Shown here piece by piece: positions 7,044 to 17,311 of a stretch of DNA of 32,000 nt. Below the pieces are notes generated by a model. It ran no database searches, was not told the origin of the DNA, and saw only the letters and a program-made list of their open reading frames with translations. Source of the DNA: Okeania sp. (lineage in GTDB: Bacteria; Cyanobacteriota; Cyanobacteriia; Cyanobacteriales; Microcoleaceae); the NCBI RefSeq assembly GCF_035285525.1, contig NZ_JAYKGW010000018.1, positions 30,001 through 62,000 of the forward strand, read 5' to 3'. The position numbers and the translations under genes were made by a program. The stretch's first letter is position 1. The number at the start of each line of letters is the position of its first letter.

Positions 7044-9755
7044 ATGCAGCCAACTGACCCAAGTAGATTTACAGAACAAGCCTGGGATGCTATAGTAAAA
7101 TCCCAAGATGTTGCTAAACGCTACCAAAACCAACAACTAGAAGTAGAACACTTAGTTCTTGCCCTCCTGGAACAAAAGGGCACAGCCAATAAAATTTTAA
7201 ACCGTGCTGGTATAGAAGCAGAACGACTACAACAACAAGTAGATGCTTTTGCGAAACGCCAACCTAGAGTCGGTAGTATAGAACATCTCTACTTAGGGCA
7301 AGGTCTGGAAATTTTTTTAGACTTGGCAGAAGCAGCTAGAGAAAAATGGGAAGATAAATTTATTGCTGTTGAACATCTTTTAATTGCTTTTCACCAAGAT
7401 AAACGTTTGGGTAATAAACTTATTGGTGGTGGTGGTACTCCCCAACTACCAACTCGCCCCGGTTTTGAACGCCCCCAAACTAACCCAAAAGTTGAATTAG
7501 AAGAATTAGAGACAGCTATTAAAGCAGTTCGAGGTAGTAGTAAAGTTGAAGACCAAAACCCAGAAGCTACTTATGATGCTTTGGAAAAGTATGGAAAGGA
7601 GTTGACAGAATTAGCAAAAGCTGGTAGACTAGACCCGGTTATTGGTAGAGATGAAGAAATTCGTCGGGTAATTAGTTGTTTGTCTCGACGGACAAAAAAT
7701 AATCCTGTCCTGATTGGGGAACCGGGGGTGGGAAAAACAGCGATCGCTGAGGGTTTAGCTCAACGTATTATTAATGGGGATGTACCAGAGTCTCTGAAGG
7801 AACGACAACTTATTAGTCTGGATATGGGTAGTCTCATTGCTGGGGCAAAGTTCAGAGGAGAATTTGAAGAACGTCTTAGGTCGGTTTTACGGGAAGTGAC
7901 TCATTCGGATGGTCAAATTATTTTATTTATTGATGAGTTACACACGGTAGTTGGTGCAGGTTCCGGAGGAGGTAATGGTTCGGGGGTAGATGCGGGAAAT
8001 TTACTGAAACCAATGCTGGCTCGTGGGGAACTCCGGTGTATTGGAGCTACGACTATTGATGAATATCGGAAACATATAGAAAAGGATGCTGCTCTGGAAC
8101 GTCGGTTTCAAAAGGTAGAGGTTGGTCAACCTAGTGTAGAGGATACTATTTCTATTTTGCGCGGTTTGAAAGACCGTTACGAAACTCACCACGGGGTAAA
8201 AATTACTGATACTGCTTTGGTTGCTGCTGCTACTTTGTCTAATCGTTATATTTCTGACCGCTTTTTGCCAGACAAGGCGATCGACTTGGTAGATGAAGCT
8301 GCTGCTCAATTAAAAATGGAAATTACTTCTAAACCAGTGGAGTTAGAAGCTATTGACAGACGAATAATGCAGTTAGAAATGGAGAAACTTTCTATTGAAG
8401 GAGAGTTGCAAGGGAATAATAAGGATAAAAATGCTGATGCTACCTCATCTGTAAAAGTATCTCCTGCTTTAGAGCGCATTACTAATGAAATTAATACTTT
8501 AAAAGAAAAGCAGGAAAAATTTTCTTCTAAATGGTCCGGGGAAAAAGAGTTGTTGAATGCTATTAACTCCCTTAAAGCAGAAGAAGATAAAATTAAGGTA
8601 CAAATAGAACAAGCGGAACGAGCTTATGATTTGAATAGGGCAGCTCAGTTGAAATATGGAGAACTAGAAACTGTACATCGGGAGCGCGAAGCCAAAGAAG
8701 CAGAGTTATTAAAGGTTCAAGCTCAAGGTTCCTCTTTTCTGCGGGAGCAAGTGACTGATGCAGATATTGCCAGTATCGTTGCTAAGTGGACTGGTATTCC
8801 GGTAAACCGTTTATTGGAGTCCGAACGGCAGAAGTTGCTCCAACTAGAAAAACATTTACATCAAAGAGTTATTGGGCAGTCGGAAGCTGTATCTGCTGTA
8901 GCAGCAGCTATTAGGAGAGCTAGAGCAGGAATGAAAGACCTAGGAAGACCGATCGGTTCGTTTATGTTTTTAGGTCCGACTGGAGTGGGTAAAACTGAGT
9001 TAGCACGGGCGTTAGCAGGATTTTTATTTGACCGGGATGATGCTTTAGTTCGCATTGATATGTCCGAATATATGGAGAAGCACGCGGTTTCTCGGTTGGT
9101 AGGTGCGCCTCCTGGATATGTAGGTTATGACCAAGGGGGGCAGTTATCGGAGGCAGTAAGACGACATCCTTATTCTGTGATTTTGTTTGATGAAGTTGAG
9201 AAGGCACATCCGGATGTATTTAATGTGTTATTACAGGTATTGGATGATGGTAGGATTACTGATTCTCAAGGAAGGTTGATAGATTTTAGCAATACGGTGA
9301 TTGTAATGACGAGTAATATTGGCAGTGAGTATATTTTGGATGTAGCTGGAGATGATTCTAAGTATGAGGAAATGTATAAGCGGGCGATGGCAGCTCTCAG
9401 AAAACATTTCCGTCCTGAATTTTTAAACAGGGTGGATGAAATTATATTATTCCACACTTTAAGAAAGAGTGAATTACGGCAAATTGTGGAAATTCAAGTG
9501 AAGAGAATTGAACGATTATTAGGGGAACAAAAGATTAGTTTGAAGTTAACTGCTGCAACTTTAGACCACATTGCTGATGTTGGATATGACCCGGTTTATG
9601 GAGCGCGACCTTTGAAAAGAGCGATTCAAAAAGAATTAGAAAATCCTCTGGCAAATTTGATTTTAGAGAATAAATTTCTTAGTGGAGATATTGTGGTAAT
9701 TGATTGTGTAAATGGTGGTTTAGTATTTGGGAAAAAAGAGGAACTAAATAATTAA
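7044..9755 (+). CDS. clpB: ATP-dependent chaperone/disaggregase ClpB (long, ClpB2-like form, 903 aa)
   Basis: N-terminal Clp repeat; NBD1 Walker A GEPGVGKT and Walker B LFIDELH; [19 protein letters not shown]; long coiled-coil M domain; NBD2 Walker A GPTGVGKT and Walker [11 protein letters not shown]; GARPLKR sensor-2 region. Confidence 0.97.
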   Translation: MQPTDPSRFTEQAWDAIVKSQDVAKRYQNQQLEVEHLVLALLEQKGTANKILNRAGIEAERLQQQVDAFAKRQPRVGSIEHLYLGQGLEIFLDLAEAAREKWEDKFIAVEHLLIAFHQDKRLGNKLIGGGGTPQLPTRPGFERPQTNPKVELEELETAIKAVRGSSKVEDQNPEATYDALEKYGKELTELAKAGRLDPVIGRDEEIRRVISCLSRRTKNNPVLIGEPGVGKTAIAEGLAQRIINGDVPESLKERQLISLDMGSLIAGAKFRGEFEERLRSVLREVTHSDGQIILFIDELHTVVGAGSGGGNGSGVDAGNLLKPMLARGELRCIGATTIDEYRKHIEKDAALERRFQKVEVGQPSVEDTISILRGLKDRYETHHGVKITDTALVAAATLSNRYISDRFLPDKAIDLVDEAAAQLKMEITSKPVELEAIDRRIMQLEMEKLSIEGELQGNNKDKNADATSSVKVSPALERITNEINTLKEKQEKFSSKWSGEKELLNAINSLKAEEDKIKVQIEQAERAYDLNRAAQLKYGELETVHREREAKEAELLKVQAQGSSFLREQVTDADIASIVAKWTGIPVNRLLESERQKLLQLEKHLHQRVIGQSEAVSAVAAAIRRARAGMKDLGRPIGSFMFLGPTGVGKTELARALAGFLFDRDDALVRIDMSEYMEKHAVSRLVGAPPGYVGYDQGGQLSEAVRRHPYSVILFDEVEKAHPDVFNVLLQVLDDGRITDSQGRLIDFSNTVIVMTSNIGSEYILDVAGDDSKYEEMYKRAMAALRKHFRPEFLNRVDEIILFHTLRKSELRQIVEIQVKRIERLLGEQKISLKLTAATLDHIADVGYDPVYGARPLKRAIQKELENPLANLILENKFLSGDIVVIDCVNGGLVFGKKEELNN

Positions 9756-9825
9756 TAATTAATAATTAATAATTAATAATTAATAATTAATTATTAATAA
9801 TTAATAATTAATAATTAATAATTAA
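9748..9825. repeat. STRR-like array TAATAAT (about 11 units, one inverted unit)
   Basis: aataattaataattaataattaataattaataattaattattaataattaataattaataattaataattaa. Overlaps the last codons and the stop (9753-9755) of clpB. Confidence 0.9.
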
Positions 9826-9832
9826 AGTAAGC

Positions 9833-9865
9833 GTAGGTTGTGTTTCGTTTCTCAACCCAACCTAC
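9833..9865. repeat. Stem-loop GTAGGTTG...CAACCTAC downstream of clpB (dispersed-hairpin type, possible terminator)
   Basis: gtaggttgtgtttcgtttctcaacccaacctac has 8-bp perfect terminal arms. No clear U-tract follows. Confidence 0.4.
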
Positions 9866-9976
9866 ATTTCTAGATTTTAAATTAAATGGTAAAAGTAGCG
9901 ATCGCCCAATAAAAAATCCAGTTAAACAGCAACCAACATCTTGTCCCCCCTTCCGAAGGGGGGTTAGGGGGGATAC

Positions 9977-10056
9977 TTCTTCCTTCTTCCCTCTTCCTTC
10001 TTCCCTCTTCTTTCTTCCCTCTTCTTTCTTCCCTCTTCCTTCTTCCTACTCCCTAC
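9977..10056. repeat. STRR-like array CTTCTTC/CCTCTTC then CTACTCC heptamers
   Basis: cttcttccttcttccctcttccttcttccctcttctttcttccctcttctttcttccctcttccttcttcctactccctactccctaac. Preceded by the hairpin ccccccttccgaagggggg (9946-9964). Confidence 0.9.
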
Positions 10057-10059
10057 TCC

Positions 10060-10380
10060 CTAACTAACAATATTCACACTCAAATTATAATTAGTCCGAC
10101 TGCCACCCACCGGAAAAACCTCCGCATAATAAAGACCAGCTTCCAAAATAGTCTGAATAATCTCAGGATTAACACCCTCCGCATTTGACTGATTAACTAC
10201 ACTTCCATCCTCAGCATACAATTTAATTCCCAAATCTTGAACAAAAGCATCCACAAAAATACTCACCGTACCTTCCCTTCTAACTTTAAAACGATAAACA
10301 TCTTCCGTATCTCGATTACTTACTCCCGTGGTAAAACCAATAGTGTCAACCCTAGAAACAACTTCCAGAGAAAGAAATCC
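10060..10380 (-). pseudogene. 3' remnant of a gene encoding a pre-peptidase C-terminal (PPC)-type domain; no credible N-terminus or signal peptide
   Basis: Own extension of track ORF 10060-10266 (whose start is GTG): ...LSLEVVSRVDTIGFTTGVSNRDTEDVYRFKVRREGTVSIFVDAFVQDLGIKLYAEDGSVVNQSNAEGVNPEIIQTILEAGLYYAEVFPVGGSRTNYNLSVNIVS*. This fits the PPC beta-sandwich pattern (DxDxYxF...G.Y...V......Y.L.V). Upstream, the frame runs straight into GTAGGGGCGGGTT repeats and reaches a stop at 10417-10419. Confidence 0.5.
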
Positions 10381-10390
10381 TAAAAGTGAT

Positions 10391-10712
10391 TGTAGGGGCG
10401 GGTTTCCCCAGGGATTTCAGAAAGGTTCATAAATTGAAAAAAACCCGCCCCCCATATCTAGAATTGTTCATCAACCCGCCCCCACATTTAACTTACCACA
10501 TTTTGGCGTTGTAGAAAAGAGGGTGGGTTTAGTTACATTTAAGATAAAGCCATAAAATCTCTGATTAAACCCGCCCCTACAGAACCGCCCCTTGGGTATT
10601 TTTCCATCAACGGTATTTTCATTTTGTAGTCAGGGGAGCGGGTTTAGTTAAATCTCGGCTTAACTATGAAAATTCCTGTTTCAACCCGCCCCTACAAAAA
10701 CTGCCCCTACAG
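10391..10712. repeat. Cluster of family D hairpin repeats (GTAGGGGCGGGTT / AACCCGCCCCTAC arms), about 4 units
   Basis: Arms at about 10392 (gtaggggcgggttt), 10441 (aaacccgcccccc), 10474 (aacccgccccca), 10521 (gggtgggttt), 10568 (aaacccgcccctacag), 10630 (ggggagcgggttt), 10683 (aacccgcccctac). They alternate in orientation. Confidence 0.75.
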
Positions 10713-10846
10713 ATAATTTTTCTGACATAAAAATTTTGATAATATTAAGATCCCCCCATAGGGGATATCAGCTATGATATATTAAATAAAGTAAATTTAA
10801 GTAAACAATCTTAAAAATAATTTGTTTAAAAATCTTATTTATTGTT

Positions 10847-11551
10847 ATGATAAAGAGTATTTTTCTAACTTTTACAGCCAGAAATTCTTTAATATCCGTT
10901 TCCGAAAAAATTAGAATCAGCGAAAAATGGGCAGTTTTTGCCACTGCCGTCTTTCTAGTATCAGTACCAGTATTTTTTCAAGCTCCTATGGTACGGCAAC
11001 TACCTTGGTTAAGCCTAGCTATGACTGGGTTTTGGTTATGGCTAAGTCTAAAATTGCTGGAAAACAGAACAACTAATATCTGGGGCGATCTATTATTAGG
11101 GTTTACTTGGACTTGGTTCACAGGTTCCATATATTGGGGTTGGCTACGATATGAACCATTCCTCCATTTACCAGTTGAAGCGATGTTTGTACCTTTTGCC
11201 CTCTGGTGTCTGAGAAATAATCGAGATATGGTCGGCAACTGTTTTTATTTAGGTTCTCTATTTGGTACGGCAGTGACAGATGGATATTTCTTCATAACTG
11301 GCCTGATCCCTTATTGGCGACAGTTAATGGAAGTAGAACCACAAATGGCATTAGAAGTATTTCAGAATGCTTTTACTTTAGTCAACACTTCCTGGGGCAT
11401 CAGTTGGATTATTGTCTTAGTCGGGATTCTTTTACTATTTGGTATAGCACCTTTGCAGTCAGAAAAATTATACTGGTGGGGATTTGGAGGAGCCGTATTG
11501 AGTACAATTTTGGTAGACAGTTTATTTTTATTGGCTGGTGTTGTGGCTTAA
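10847..11551 (+). CDS. Conserved cyanobacterial multi-pass membrane protein (DUF3120-like, family name from memory)
   Basis: About 6-7 hydrophobic segments and Trp-rich loops (LLGFTWTWFTGSIYWGWLRYEPFLHLPVEA). Family assignment is recollection only. Confidence 0.65.
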   Translation: MIKSIFLTFTARNSLISVSEKIRISEKWAVFATAVFLVSVPVFFQAPMVRQLPWLSLAMTGFWLWLSLKLLENRTTNIWGDLLLGFTWTWFTGSIYWGWLRYEPFLHLPVEAMFVPFALWCLRNNRDMVGNCFYLGSLFGTAVTDGYFFITGLIPYWRQLMEVEPQMALEVFQNAFTLVNTSWGISWIIVLVGILLLFGIAPLQSEKLYWWGFGGAVLSTILVDSLFLLAGVVA

Positions 11552-11635
11552 TACTATAAATAATTAATAATTAACAATTAATAATTACCCTTGTAAACTG
11601 TTAAACTGAGATTGTAGAAAATTGTTGTTTTTTAT

Positions 11636-11737
11636 CAGGACTTACGGAAACCGACCAAGAAACTGGGTTTATTGCTGTGATATTGTTGTTAAAACCAGGA
11701 AATTTCGTATATCAACCCGGTTTCTGCGTAAGTCCTG
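11636..11737. mobile_element. Family E MITE-like hairpin element
   Basis: caggacttacggaaaccg...cccggtttctgcgtaagtcctg; terminal inverted repeats of about 20 nt. Confidence 0.7.
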
Positions 11738-11787
11738 TTTATATAAAAGTTTCAACATAATTCGCACAAGTTAAAGCCTGTGTTACT

Positions 11788-12765
11788 ATGAGTGCTAATG
11801 TCGTGACTTTGCAACCTCCCCATCTATTGCTTCGGACTGAAGCAGGCGATCGCTACCTACCTTTAGTTGGTAATAATTGTTGGACTATAGGTAGAAGTAA
11901 AGATAACACCTTTGTCATAACCGATCAATGGATATCCCGTCACCACACTATGATACAGCAGATGGATACGGGAGATTTTTATCTGATAGACTTGGGTAGT
12001 CGAAATGGTTCTTTTGTAAATGGCCGTCGTGTTAGTATTCCTGTTACACTGAAGGATGGAGACTATCTATTATTTGGTCAAACAGAGTTAAAATTTCATT
12101 GTCCTGAACTGGAAATGGATACGGAATCAGTGGTTGATATTGATTCTCAGGGTTTTACAGCAACTTTGCACTCTCGTCGTTTAATTTCGGTCATGGTAAT
12201 AGATATTAGAGATTTTACAATTCTGACGAGAAAATTAGATGAGAGGGTATTATCTGAAGTGATTGGTACTTGGTTTCGGCAAGCAGGAAACATTATTAGT
12301 AATAATGGCAGTTGGGTAGATAAATATATAGGTGACGCAGTGATGGCTGTTTGGTTCCATGGAGTTCAGGGAGTTAACGCTACAGAAATACTGGGTATTT
12401 TTCAAGCATTGAGACAGATATATGAAGTAACAGAAGAATTAAGTAGAACTTATCCTTTACCTTTTCCCCTCAGAGTCGGAGCTGGAATAAATACAGGTTA
12501 TGCGATAGTAAGTAATGCTGGTAGTAGTGAGCGGTCTGATTATACAGCATTGGGGGATACTGTCAATGCAGCATTTCGTCTGGAATCATCTACAAAAGAA
12601 ATAGGTATGGATATAGCTCTAGGAAAAGGTACTTATGAATATATTTCCGATTTAGCAAATCTTCATCAAGTATTCAAGGAGTATGAAGTGAATATGAAAG
12701 GCTATGATCTTCCAACCATAACTTATGCAGGTACTTTTAATAATCTCAACAATTTCTTGAGTTAA
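11788..12765 (+). CDS. FHA domain-containing class III adenylate/guanylate cyclase (same architecture as I recall for Anabaena CyaD)
   Basis: N-terminal FHA pattern (WTIGRSKDNTFVITDQWISRHHTMI...DLGSRNGSFVNG). C-terminal CYC domain has metal Asp residues in VMVIDIRDFT and KYIGDAVMAVW, and GDTVNAAFRLES (transition-state N/R). Confidence 0.9.
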   Translation: MSANVVTLQPPHLLLRTEAGDRYLPLVGNNCWTIGRSKDNTFVITDQWISRHHTMIQQMDTGDFYLIDLGSRNGSFVNGRRVSIPVTLKDGDYLLFGQTELKFHCPELEMDTESVVDIDSQGFTATLHSRRLISVMVIDIRDFTILTRKLDERVLSEVIGTWFRQAGNIISNNGSWVDKYIGDAVMAVWFHGVQGVNATEILGIFQALRQIYEVTEELSRTYPLPFPLRVGAGINTGYAIVSNAGSSERSDYTALGDTVNAAFRLESSTKEIGMDIALGKGTYEYISDLANLHQVFKEYEVNMKGYDLPTITYAGTFNNLNNFLS

Positions 12766-12780
12766 GAAACTTTCTATAGT

Positions 12781-12886
12781 AGGGAACAGGGAATAGGCAA
12801 CCGGGAATAGGGGGAATAGGGAATAGGGGGAATAGGGAATAGGCAACCGGGAATAGGGGGAATAGGGAACAGGGAACAGGGAACAG
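12781..12886. repeat. STRR-like array GGGAATA/GGGAACA heptamers with higher-order duplication
   Basis: gggaataggcaaccgggaatagggggaataggga occurs twice (about 12789 and about 12833) inside a run of GGGAA(T/C)A units. Starts 16 nt after the cyclase stop. Confidence 0.9.
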
Positions 12887-12956
12887 AGGAGAAGAAAAGA
12901 TAATAGTACCCCACGAGCTTGAAAAAAGTTCTAGTTATTCCTCTGCTGATAAAATA

Positions 12957-13225
12957 GGGCTGGGTGAAAAAGTATGAAAGTATTGACATATAAAGCTTTT
13001 AGGAAGTTGTTTGTCTAAAAAAAGTACCAGCTTTTAGGTCATAATTCCCTACTCCCTACCTTAACAAAAAAAATTAAGAGACAATTATTCCAACTAATTC
13101 CTCTATAACTGCTATTCCTCCTAAATTCCCCTCCTGGGAGGGGTTAGGGGTGGGTTGACTCGCTACTCCCTACTGCCTACTGCCTACTCCCTACTTTAAC
13201 CATCAGACTTTTCATACGCAAACCC
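12957..13225. mobile_element. Family C MITE-like element with long TIRs and internal CTACTCC/CTACTGC STRR (13163-13193)
   Basis: Left end TA|gggctgggtgaaaaagtatgaaag. Right end cagacttttcatacgcaaaccc|TA, reverse complement gggtttgcgtatgaaaagtctg. Interior has the ccctcctgggagggg hairpin and heptamers. Confidence 0.6.
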
Positions 13226-13576
13226 TAAATATACAAACATTGAAAAATAAAGGTTTCAGCATTTTTAGGTCAAAAAAAGTACCAGATTTTTGTGGAAGGA
13301 AGGCACGGTTCCCAAAAAATCAAAAAGTTAGTATTTTGGCATATAGTTGGGCAGAAAAATTATCAGCAGAAACAATACAACAGTCTGGTAATATACCCAT
13401 AGCATTCATTCATGGATAATGAGAATCCTTAAGGGTGACTCTGAAAAATTCTGCACCAGAAGTTTTGGGTTGTATTAAAGCAAAACTTCCTTCAAAACTG
13501 TTGCACTTCAGCAAAAGTTTTGGGAGAATTTCCAAAAGCTGTGTAAAAAATATTTAATATTGGGAGAAATACAAAA

Positions 13577-13996
13577 ATGAAGCAAATAGCACGAGTATTG
13601 GTAATACTTGGATTATCTCTAGGTTTCATCGCACTACCACACCAACAAGCTCAAGCTGGTAACTTAAGTTTAACTGCATGGCCTTCAGTATCAATCTTAG
13701 CAGTACAACCTAACAAGGCCGACAGAAAATTAGCAGAGATTGGAGGAGAAAAGCTCGATCTAAATAATAGTCCTCTACGAAGCTTTCGCAAATACCGGGG
13801 AATGTTTCCAACTATAGCTGGGATGATAGTAGAAAATGCTCCCTACGAAAAGGTAGAAGATGTACTAAAAATGCCTGGTTTAACTGAAAGACAGAAAAAG
13901 CTTTTAGAAGCAAATCTGGAAAATTTTACAGTGACTCCACCTGCTGATGTTTATATTGAAGGTGACTATAGATTGAATACTGGTTCCTACGACTAA
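13577..13996 (+). CDS. psbU: Photosystem II 12 kDa extrinsic protein PsbU
   Basis: Signal peptide ending AQA. KLDLNNSPLRSFRKYRGMFPTIAGMIVENAPYEKVEDVLKMPGLTERQKKLLEANLENFTV matches the PsbU helix-hairpin-helix core as I remember it. Confidence 0.9.
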   Translation: MKQIARVLVILGLSLGFIALPHQQAQAGNLSLTAWPSVSILAVQPNKADRKLAEIGGEKLDLNNSPLRSFRKYRGMFPTIAGMIVENAPYEKVEDVLKMPGLTERQKKLLEANLENFTVTPPADVYIEGDYRLNTGSYD

Positions 13997-14384
13997 AGGC
14001 TAAAAGTTAGTCATTTTTTTATCTTGTCTGTTTGAGTTTTTCCAGCAACTCCTTTGAAAAATGTTATCTAAGCTATTAGATTGAAAGTTAAAAGCTTAGA
14101 TACAGCAATAAAAAATAATTAATAAAAAAATTTTAGGGGTTTGGTTTCCAAATCCCTTTTTTGCTAAGGTCTGGTTTCCAAATCCCCTCATAGAATATTT
14201 CATCTAATTAACATTGCAATAGAAAGTTTTCTAGATATTACTTGACTATCTTTCACAGTGACAATTATCCGGCACTATCTTAGATAAAACTTTTCCCTAC
14301 GATAAAATCTCAAAACTTACTAAGTTACTATCCTACTTTAATTTCGTCATTTTAATTAGGTTAGAGCAGATTAAGTAACATTAT

Positions 14385-14606
14385 TTAACGTCCTCCTCCA
14401 CCTTCTTGAGAATCTTCCGGTTGTCCTTGATCTCCTGGTTCTGGTGTATATGCTATTTGAAAAGTAATAGAAATATTTTTTGTATCAACTTGAGTATAGT
14501 AATGGTTTATGTCTGTTACTGCCATTACTGGTTTGGGTATCATGCTCAAGATGAAAGTCAGAGTAAGAAAAGTTATACCTTTTTGTGTGGGTAAGATCGT
14601 ATTCAT
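14385..14606 (-). CDS. Possible small secreted protein, 73 aa
   Basis: ORF with an N-terminal hydrophobic segment (ITFLTLTFILSMIPKPVMA) and an acidic/Gly tail (PEPGDQGQPEDSQEGGGGR). No family recognised. Confidence 0.3.
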   Translation of the reverse strand: MNTILPTQKGITFLTLTFILSMIPKPVMAVTDINHYYTQVDTKNISITFQIAYTPEPGDQGQPEDSQEGGGGR

Positions 14607-14877
14607 AAAAGTTATCCCCTGATAGAAAGTACGAAAAGAGCAACTAAATTTTATTGGCCTGAAAAATGGCTATTTGTTTGTGTAAACATCACAGCCACAA
14701 TATGAACTTGAGCCATAAAGATATGATACCAGTGTATGCACTTAATTTTTCTATGAAGATTTACAGAATCTTCATAAGTTACTATTAAATGTATCAATAA
14801 TTTTGCCCAGAGGAAACTTGCTAGGTAATAACTATCTTTTATAAGTAGTCATCAACAAAGTTATGACATTCTCAAAA

Positions 14878-15096
14878 AACCCTAATCAGTGGAGAGATGG
14901 GGAGATAGATGGATGCAGGAGTTTTCTAACGCAATGACAAAATTGCCTTGCGTTGTCTAAGTTCTGTTTTGATATCATAGTCAATCCAAAACCCTAAATT
15001 TTTGAATCTAAGGAAACTAAAAGCTGGTAGTTTTTTCGACAAAAAAAATTCTCAAACTTTTATCTGTAAAAACTTTGATAATTAATCAGTTAGCCC
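14878..15096. mobile_element. Family C MITE-like element (degenerate left part with GGGGAGAT remnant)
   Basis: ggagagatggggagatagatgg at about 14891. ctaaaagctggtagttttttcgac...ctttgataattaatcagttagccc + TA ends at 15096, 7 nt from the stop of the GGDEF gene. Confidence 0.5.
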
Positions 15097-15103
15097 TAAA
15101 TAA

Positions 15104-17311
15104 TTAACGTTGTTTTTTATATCTTTTCTTATCTTTGTACATAGCATTATCAGCTTGATCAATTAGTTGATCAACATCCTGACTATTAAGAGGATAAAAA
15201 CTAACCCCAATACTAATTCCTACAGATAAAGTATTGCCTTCTATTTTGAAAGGTTGATTAATTGTTTGGCAAATTTTTTCAATGACCTTAGATACTTCAA
15301 ATTCTTCAGGAATACCTGGTAAAATTATGGTAAATTCGTCACCACCAAGTCGAGAAACTATATCACCTCCCCTTAAGCACCCTTGAAGTCTTTGTGATAC
15401 TAATTGTAATAGTATGTCTCCTATAGCATGACCAAAGTTATCATTAATAGCTTTAAATCCATTGAGGTCTAGAAATAGTAAACCTACAATTTTTTCATTA
15501 AAATTTGCCCACTCAATAATTTGAGTGAAACGTTCATAAAATTGTTTACGGTTAGGCAATCCCGTCAGAGGATCGTGATTAGCTTGATGCTGTAAACTAT
15601 CTCCTAATTTCTTTAATTGCGCGTTATCTGACTTTAATTTTGCTGCTGTTTCTTTGAGATTTTCTTCCATTTTTTTACGTTCAGTAATATCTCTAATTAC
15701 TCCTACTAGAAATAAATTTCCAGCTCCATCTTGATGGAGAGTTCTTTTAGTAGCAATTATGTGAGTAACTCCCTGACCATCTGTAAAACATTCTTCATTT
15801 TCCTGTTCTTGAAAGGTTTGAAATACTAATTCATCTTGTTCCCAAAATATATTAGCTTCATTGACAGGAAATAATTCATAATCATTTTTAATTAGTAAAT
15901 TTTCTACAGGATAACCAATAAATTTACTATAAGCTTCATTTAAAACAATACGACGATGATGCTTGTCTTTGACGAAAATAGGGTCAGGAATTGCATTAAT
16001 AACTGAGTGTAAAAATTCTGTTGATTTCTGCCATTCTTCTCTTAAGTAAGCAAGATGAAACATAATCATTGTAGCAGAACCACCAAGAGAGAATATTGAG
16101 GGAATTATAGGCAACCACCAACCATTAAAAATGAAGGCAATATAAGAAATTCCTGTAATACCAATACTGATAAAAAGAGTAATTAAAATAGATTTTTTTG
16201 GTAATAACAATTTCCAATTTAGATTGGCACCGACCCAAGAAAAAATAATAATTACTAACCATTCTAAAGGTTCAGGCAAAACTTTAATATTTGTTCTGCC
16301 ATCAAGTGCTGCACTTAAAATCTGACTCAAAAAATTAGCTTGTAGTTCTACACCAGATATTTTTTCTGGGCGAGTGAATAAACGAGCGCTATAAGAATTG
16401 ATGTGAAAATCTTTAACGCTAGGAGCAGTATAACCAATCAGAACAATCTTATTTTTGAATAAGTCTAGAGTTATATTTCCAGAGAGTAAATCATCCATTG
16501 TAACTATATCAAAGCTACCTGTTTTTCTAGGATTTGCTAAAAATTGATAGCCACCTACATCAGCTCTAATATAAGCTCCATCATTTCTTTTTAAACGATT
16601 AAATACTGCTAAACCTAACTGCAAATCATTAGCTTTATTAGCTGCTTTTGGTTCAATTCCTTCTGCTCTAAGATAACTTAAAGCAAGTTTCAATGGAAAA
16701 CTTTCGCGAAATTTTTCATTTTCTGGAAAGATATAAAGAAAGCTACGACGAATAGTTCCATCAGCATCAACAATTAGATTATTGAAACCTACTTGTTGTT
16801 TTTGATGCAAAATTTCAGGAGCTTTTACTCCTAAATTATTGCCGATTCCGATTTTTTCAATTCCAATTATATTGGGGATATATTCCAAAGCTGTTACTAA
16901 ATTTTCATGACCTGGTTCTTGAGGTAAATCACGATATATATCTAAACCAATAGCATGAGGTTGAAGGGAGTTTAATTTGTACAATAATTCTGTTAGCAAT
17001 TGATCGTTAATGGGATAGCCATACTTTTGTATATCTGCTTCAGTAATTTCTACAATCGCAATTCGAGAGTCTAATGGTTCTGTAGGTCTGAGACAAAAAA
17101 AATTATCATAAAGCTTCCATTCCCAAGTTTGCAAAAGACCTAATGAACGTAAAAGTATAACGATACCAGCGGAGGTTGATGCTGTTATTAATACTCGGCT
17201 GTTTTCTAATAGCCAATGTTTAATAGTTTTCAGGATGGGAGTTTGGTGTATACCGAAAAGTTTAAACATTTGTAAGTAATCTAAATCTAAATAAAGAACT
17301 TTTGTAAGCAT
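15104..17311 (-). CDS. CHASE2 sensor - PAS - GGDEF diguanylate cyclase (membrane-anchored)
   Basis: N-terminal TM plus periplasmic CHASE2-like region, 3 TM helices, PAS (INAIPDPIFVKDKHHRRIVLNEAY...), coiled coil, GGDEF domain with intact RLGGDEFTIIL and RGGD (RxxD I-site) 5 residues upstream. The track start at 17311 lies inside a MITE terminal repeat. The likely true start is the ATG at 17267-17269 (MFKLFGIHQTP). Confidence 0.92.
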   Translation of the reverse strand: MLTKVLYLDLDYLQMFKLFGIHQTPILKTIKHWLLENSRVLITASTSAGIVILLRSLGLLQTWEWKLYDNFFCLRPTEPLDSRIAIVEITEADIQKYGYPINDQLLTELLYKLNSLQPHAIGLDIYRDLPQEPGHENLVTALEYIPNIIGIEKIGIGNNLGVKAPEILHQKQQVGFNNLIVDADGTIRRSFLYIFPENEKFRESFPLKLALSYLRAEGIEPKAANKANDLQLGLAVFNRLKRNDGAYIRADVGGYQFLANPRKTGSFDIVTMDDLLSGNITLDLFKNKIVLIGYTAPSVKDFHINSYSARLFTRPEKISGVELQANFLSQILSAALDGRTNIKVLPEPLEWLVIIIFSWVGANLNWKLLLPKKSILITLFISIGITGISYIAFIFNGWWLPIIPSIFSLGGSATMIMFHLAYLREEWQKSTEFLHSVINAIPDPIFVKDKHHRRIVLNEAYSKFIGYPVENLLIKNDYELFPVNEANIFWEQDELVFQTFQEQENEECFTDGQGVTHIIATKRTLHQDGAGNLFLVGVIRDITERKKMEENLKETAAKLKSDNAQLKKLGDSLQHQANHDPLTGLPNRKQFYERFTQIIEWANFNEKIVGLLFLDLNGFKAINDNFGHAIGDILLQLVSQRLQGCLRGGDIVSRLGGDEFTIILPGIPEEFEVSKVIEKICQTINQPFKIEGNTLSVGISIGVSFYPLNSQDVDQLIDQADNAMYKDKKRYKKQR

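Noticed and set aside
8001-9457. Four antisense ORFs inside clpB (8001-8309, 8861-9055, 8962-9207, 9266-9457)
   Set aside because: They are fully embedded antisense to a very confident CDS and have low-complexity, unrecognisable products. These are typical shadow ORFs.
9840-10067. Track ORF 9840-10067 (+), MFRFSTQPTF...PLPSSLFFLPSS
   Set aside because: It is encoded entirely by a dispersed hairpin, a GC hairpin and the CTTCTTC STRR. It has low complexity and no start context.
10391-10712. Regularly spaced GC-rich repeats that at first glance resemble a small CRISPR array
   Set aside because: The repeat arms alternate in orientation (GTAGGGGCGGGTT versus AACCCGCCCCTAC), so they form hairpin pairs. 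Spacing is irregular, the repeats are only about 13 nt and imperfect, and no cas genes or leader are present. This is a MITE/hairpin cluster.
12652-12989. Track ORFs 12652-12846 and 12774-12989 (minus), PIPYSP-rich
   Set aside because: Antisense translation of the GGGAATA STRR array that overlaps the cyclase 3' end.
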